Assembly: GCA_963705705.1 (NCBI GenBank)
Contig: CAVPKK010000005.1
Span: 231,363 to 295,362, forward strand
Origin: an uncultured bacterium
Lineage (GTDB): Bacteria > Babelota > Babeliae > Babelales > JABCYS01
Reading direction: 5' to 3'
Length of the DNA: 64,000 nucleotides
Below are positions 61,222 to 64,000 of this stretch, one piece after another; position 1 is the first letter of the stretch; each line of letters starts with the position of its first letter. Below the pieces are notes generated by a model, which was not told the DNA's origin, did no database searches, and saw only the letters and a list, made by a program, of their open reading frames with translations. The position numbers and the translations under genes were made by a program.

Positions 61222-61345
61222 TTTAAGCGAAGCGAGTCGGGGAATTTATTCCCCAGCGAGCGCAGCGATAAATAGGTGGCGCAGCCACCAACAAAACAAT
61301 TAATATTAATAACTAATAACTAAAGAATAAAAAAAGGAAGTAGTA

Positions 61346-62113
61346 ATGAAGATAAAATCACTTGTATTAACCACACTTTTCGCAGCGGGCTTTGTGTCTT
61401 CTGTTGAAGCAGCAGATATAACACCAACTACAGAAGTGTCGGCAACTAGTACGGCAACACCAATCGCTCCAGTTGTTCAAAGCACCGGTCTTTCTTATGC
61501 CGACGTTGCCCAAAACAATGCGATACGACAAGTACTTGTCGCACCTAAACCAATAGCCTTTAAAAAATCGCGTACACCTTTAGAAGCTGTTAAGGATTTA
61601 AGTGACCTTCTGCGACATTTTAAAGGCACGGTATTCAATGAAAATGCAAAACCTGCGATTAATCAACATGCAATGTATCCAAATACCGCAACCCGTTGCG
61701 AAGTAATGATGCAAGATACGGTTACTGTGTTATATGAGCTTGCGGACGTATTGCAACCTGCAAAAGCAACTAAAGGCAAAGCGAGCAAAGGCAAAGGCAA
61801 AACAGCCCAAGCTGAGACGGCTGCAACTCCTGATTGGGTAGCTGAGCTAAGAATTAAATTTGCTACACAAATACGATCTCTTGCCATAACGTTGAAAAAT
61901 GCGATTAAGCAAGGCAAGATTGAAGCATTTACTTTTGTTGTTTCAGAAGTAACGCCACTTCTTGTAGAAGTGCTCGATCAAATTCCTGGTATGGATAAAT
62001 TTACGCGCATTCTGAAAGATGGTGCTGCTAAATTGGGTGAGTGTTCACAGTTGAAAGCTGCCGCTGATGAATTAAAGAGAGTTGATATCAGCGATTTGCC
62101 TGAAGAAATTTAA
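61346..62113 (+). CDS. Hypothetical secreted helical protein
   Basis: AAGGA RBS, signal ending VEA. Confidence 0.7.
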   Translation: MKIKSLVLTTLFAAGFVSSVEAADITPTTEVSATSTATPIAPVVQSTGLSYADVAQNNAIRQVLVAPKPIAFKKSRTPLEAVKDLSDLLRHFKGTVFNENAKPAINQHAMYPNTATRCEVMMQDTVTVLYELADVLQPAKATKGKASKGKGKTAQAETAATPDWVAELRIKFATQIRSLAITLKNAIKQGKIEAFTFVVSEVTPLLVEVLDQIPGMDKFTRILKDGAAKLGECSQLKAAADELKRVDISDLPEEI

Positions 62114-62122
62114 AAGAATCGA

Positions 62123-62320
62123 CGCTCATTCTGTGATGCTTGTTGAATAGTGATTTGCTATTTCGAACTCCGAGTTCGTAACGTGAGTGCCCTTTGGGGA
62201 CACATGTCATTCTTGGTGAAACGATAAGCAACTATTCAGCGTTAAGCATCGTCCGGCTTACACTTTCATTGTGCTAGCGATAGTAATGGAAGTTAGGGCG
62301 GATTAACAGAATGGACGGCG
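62123..62320 (+). ncRNA. Unidentified ~200-nt structured RNA candidate
   Basis: Nested helices CATTCTGT/ACAGAATG, GATGCTT/AAGCATC, GTTGAATAG/CTATTCAGC, CTTTCATTG/TAATGGAAG, GCGA tetraloop; G-U pairs favour + strand. Confidence 0.5.
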
Positions 62321-62327
62321 AGTAAAA

Positions 62328-62380
62328 GAGAAGCCCTCGGTACGTTGCGTAAGCACATACAACCGAGGGCTTTTCGTTTC
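62328..62380. terminator. Terminator hairpin between convergent units
   Basis: AAGCCCTCGGT...ACCGAGGGCTT + T-rich tail. Confidence 0.65.
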
Positions 62381-62393
62381 TCAGAATAGTTTA

Positions 62394-63005
62394 TTAAGCT
62401 ACTATGAATTCCATTATTTTTGAGTTTCGTACTGTTTTTAACTGACTCATTCCATCCATAGGTCGGGAATCAATCATTGCTTGAATATCATCTATTGGTT
62501 TAAAAGCAATATTAAAGACAGGGATCCAGGGATCAATTACATTAGTTTTCAACCTAGCTTTTTCATTTGCGTAAGCTATCTCAAACAATTCGCATGTTTT
62601 TACACCGAGCCGAATAATTTCGGCCAGCTCTTCCTTTTTAGGATCGTGAGCGGCCATAAGTTGGAACTGCTTATTCATTTCGGGTAAGTCTGCATTTATA
62701 TTTGCAAATGTGGATTGTAAGCTATTAATCTTGGTAAAAGCGGTAGGGAAAAGGGAGCCTAGGCTTTCAAACTTGTCGACCGAATGATGCCATCGTAAGA
62801 GTGTAATTACGTGATTAAGAGTTCTTGGCCTAAAAGCTGATCGTATTTGTTCCCTGGCGCTGTATGCTTGACGCTCTTCCAGCAAATTTGCCTCATGAGC
62901 CAGCCGTACGTGCAGAGGGGATTGGTCCTCAGTGTCGTCCATAGCATGCAATAAGCTACCTGATAGAATCGCAGCAAAGCTCATTAATATTAAATATTTT
63001 TTCAT
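62394..63005 (-). CDS. Hypothetical secreted protein
   Basis: GGAG RBS, signal ending LHA-M. Confidence 0.7.
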   Translation of the reverse strand: MKKYLILMSFAAILSGSLLHAMDDTEDQSPLHVRLAHEANLLEERQAYSAREQIRSAFRPRTLNHVITLLRWHHSVDKFESLGSLFPTAFTKINSLQSTFANINADLPEMNKQFQLMAAHDPKKEELAEIIRLGVKTCELFEIAYANEKARLKTNVIDPWIPVFNIAFKPIDDIQAMIDSRPMDGMSQLKTVRNSKIMEFIVA

Positions 63006-63146
63006 AGTATAACTCCATTTGAATGACTAATTGATGCCTTTATAAGGTAGCTAATAGTATACCTACCAATTATTTGGTTGTCATAAGGGTGGGGATGGGC
63101 TGAATTGCTCGATTGGCTGCCGGTATGCTTGAAGGTAGTTCACAAA

Positions 63147-63182
63147 GCAAAAGCCCTTGGTTCTTATGCCAAGGGCGTTTGC
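63147..63182 (-). terminator. Terminator downstream of nrdB
   Basis: GCAAAAGCCCTTGG...CCAAGGGCGTTTGC. Confidence 0.55.
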
Positions 63183-63210
63183 TTTATTCGTTGATCATCT
63201 GCTCATATTT

Positions 63211-63244
63211 GCGCTATATCCTTCGATAAACTCAGGATGAGCGC
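63211..63244 (-). repeat. REP-like palindrome copy
   Basis: Minus strand GCGCTCATCCTGAGTTTATCGAAGGATATAGCGC. Confidence 0.6.
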
Positions 63245-63303
63245 GGCTAAGCGAAATAACTGGGTATAATTGTCTTAATTGAAACCGTTCGGCTTATTGT
63301 AGT

Positions 63304-64000
63304 TTACTCCCACTCAAGAGAGCCGGCGGACTGGTATTCAGTCACGCGGGTTTCGAAGAAGTTCTTTTCCTTTGGCAAGTCGGTTGTTTGTGACATCCAA
63401 GGGAAAGGGTTTTCCTTGTTGTATATCTTTGGCAATCCGATGCGTTCAAGGCGGCGGTCGGCAATGTATTCTACATAGTCAGAGAACTGTTTTGCATTGA
63501 TGCCAAGTAATCCTTGTGGGCAGGCATCATAGGCATAGTTCTTTCCAAGACTACTGCCTTTTCAATCAATGCTATCAATTCATCTTGGAACTGCTGCGTC
63601 CATACATCAGGGTTTTCTGCTTTGATGGTATTAATCAAATCGCAGCCGAATGCTAAATGCAGGCTTTCATCGCGCATAATATATTCAAACTGCTCACCGA
63701 TACCAATCATTTTCTTCTGACGTTTAAGAGCAAGCATCATGGCAAAACCAGTATAAGAAAATACCTTCCATGATCACAGATAAGCCAATAAGATCATGCA
63801 TGAAGCGTTGAATATTTTGTGGTGAATCAGTTACAAAATTTGGATCGAAGAGAGATGTAGTTAATTGCACTACAAACTGTCTTTAGCTTTAATCGAAGGA
63901 ATAGTTTCATACATGTTATAAATCTCATCTGGATCTAATCCGAGCGAATCATAACAATATATGAACGTATCGGTATGGATTGCTTCTTCGAATGCTTGGC
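63304..64000 (-). CDS. nrdB: Ribonucleotide reductase class I beta subunit, 3' part, with three apparent frameshifts
   Basis: [50 protein letters not shown] read across different frames. Confidence 0.85.

Noticed and set aside
63471..63740. Stand-alone 89-aa ORF
   Set aside because: It is one frame segment of the frameshifted nrdB

Overview
AT-rich bacterial chromosomal window. The gene content suggests an intracellular protist parasite such as Candidatus Dependentiae/Babelota (inference from degenerate amidase + GerMN, many signal-peptide orphans, ankyrin-like paralog expansion, truncated RecO/ComEC). The dominant feature is a ~33 kb head-to-tail minus-strand array (14762-47649) of 19 intact paralogous genes. 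They encode signal-peptide proteins with a variable ankyrin-like middle and a conserved C-terminal domain (GEKLG...LPPVLAPxVxxY, F-box/SOCS-box-like). The array shows 8-nt stop/start overlaps, a ~6.3 kb higher-order duplication and identical tracts between copies. Also present: three tandem Cys-rich beta-helix genes with a shared palindromic promoter between an amidase and a GerMN gene; an MscS channel; a recO / ftsL-ftsI-vapBC-fbaB-(beta-barrel)-tkt-comEC-like block; pgi; a cluster of small secreted proteins (thioredoxin, LEA-like, Cys/Arg-rich); REP-like repeats; a ~200-nt structured RNA candidate; and a frameshifted nrdB at the right edge. No rRNA, tRNA, CRISPR array, integrase or reverse transcriptase was seen.
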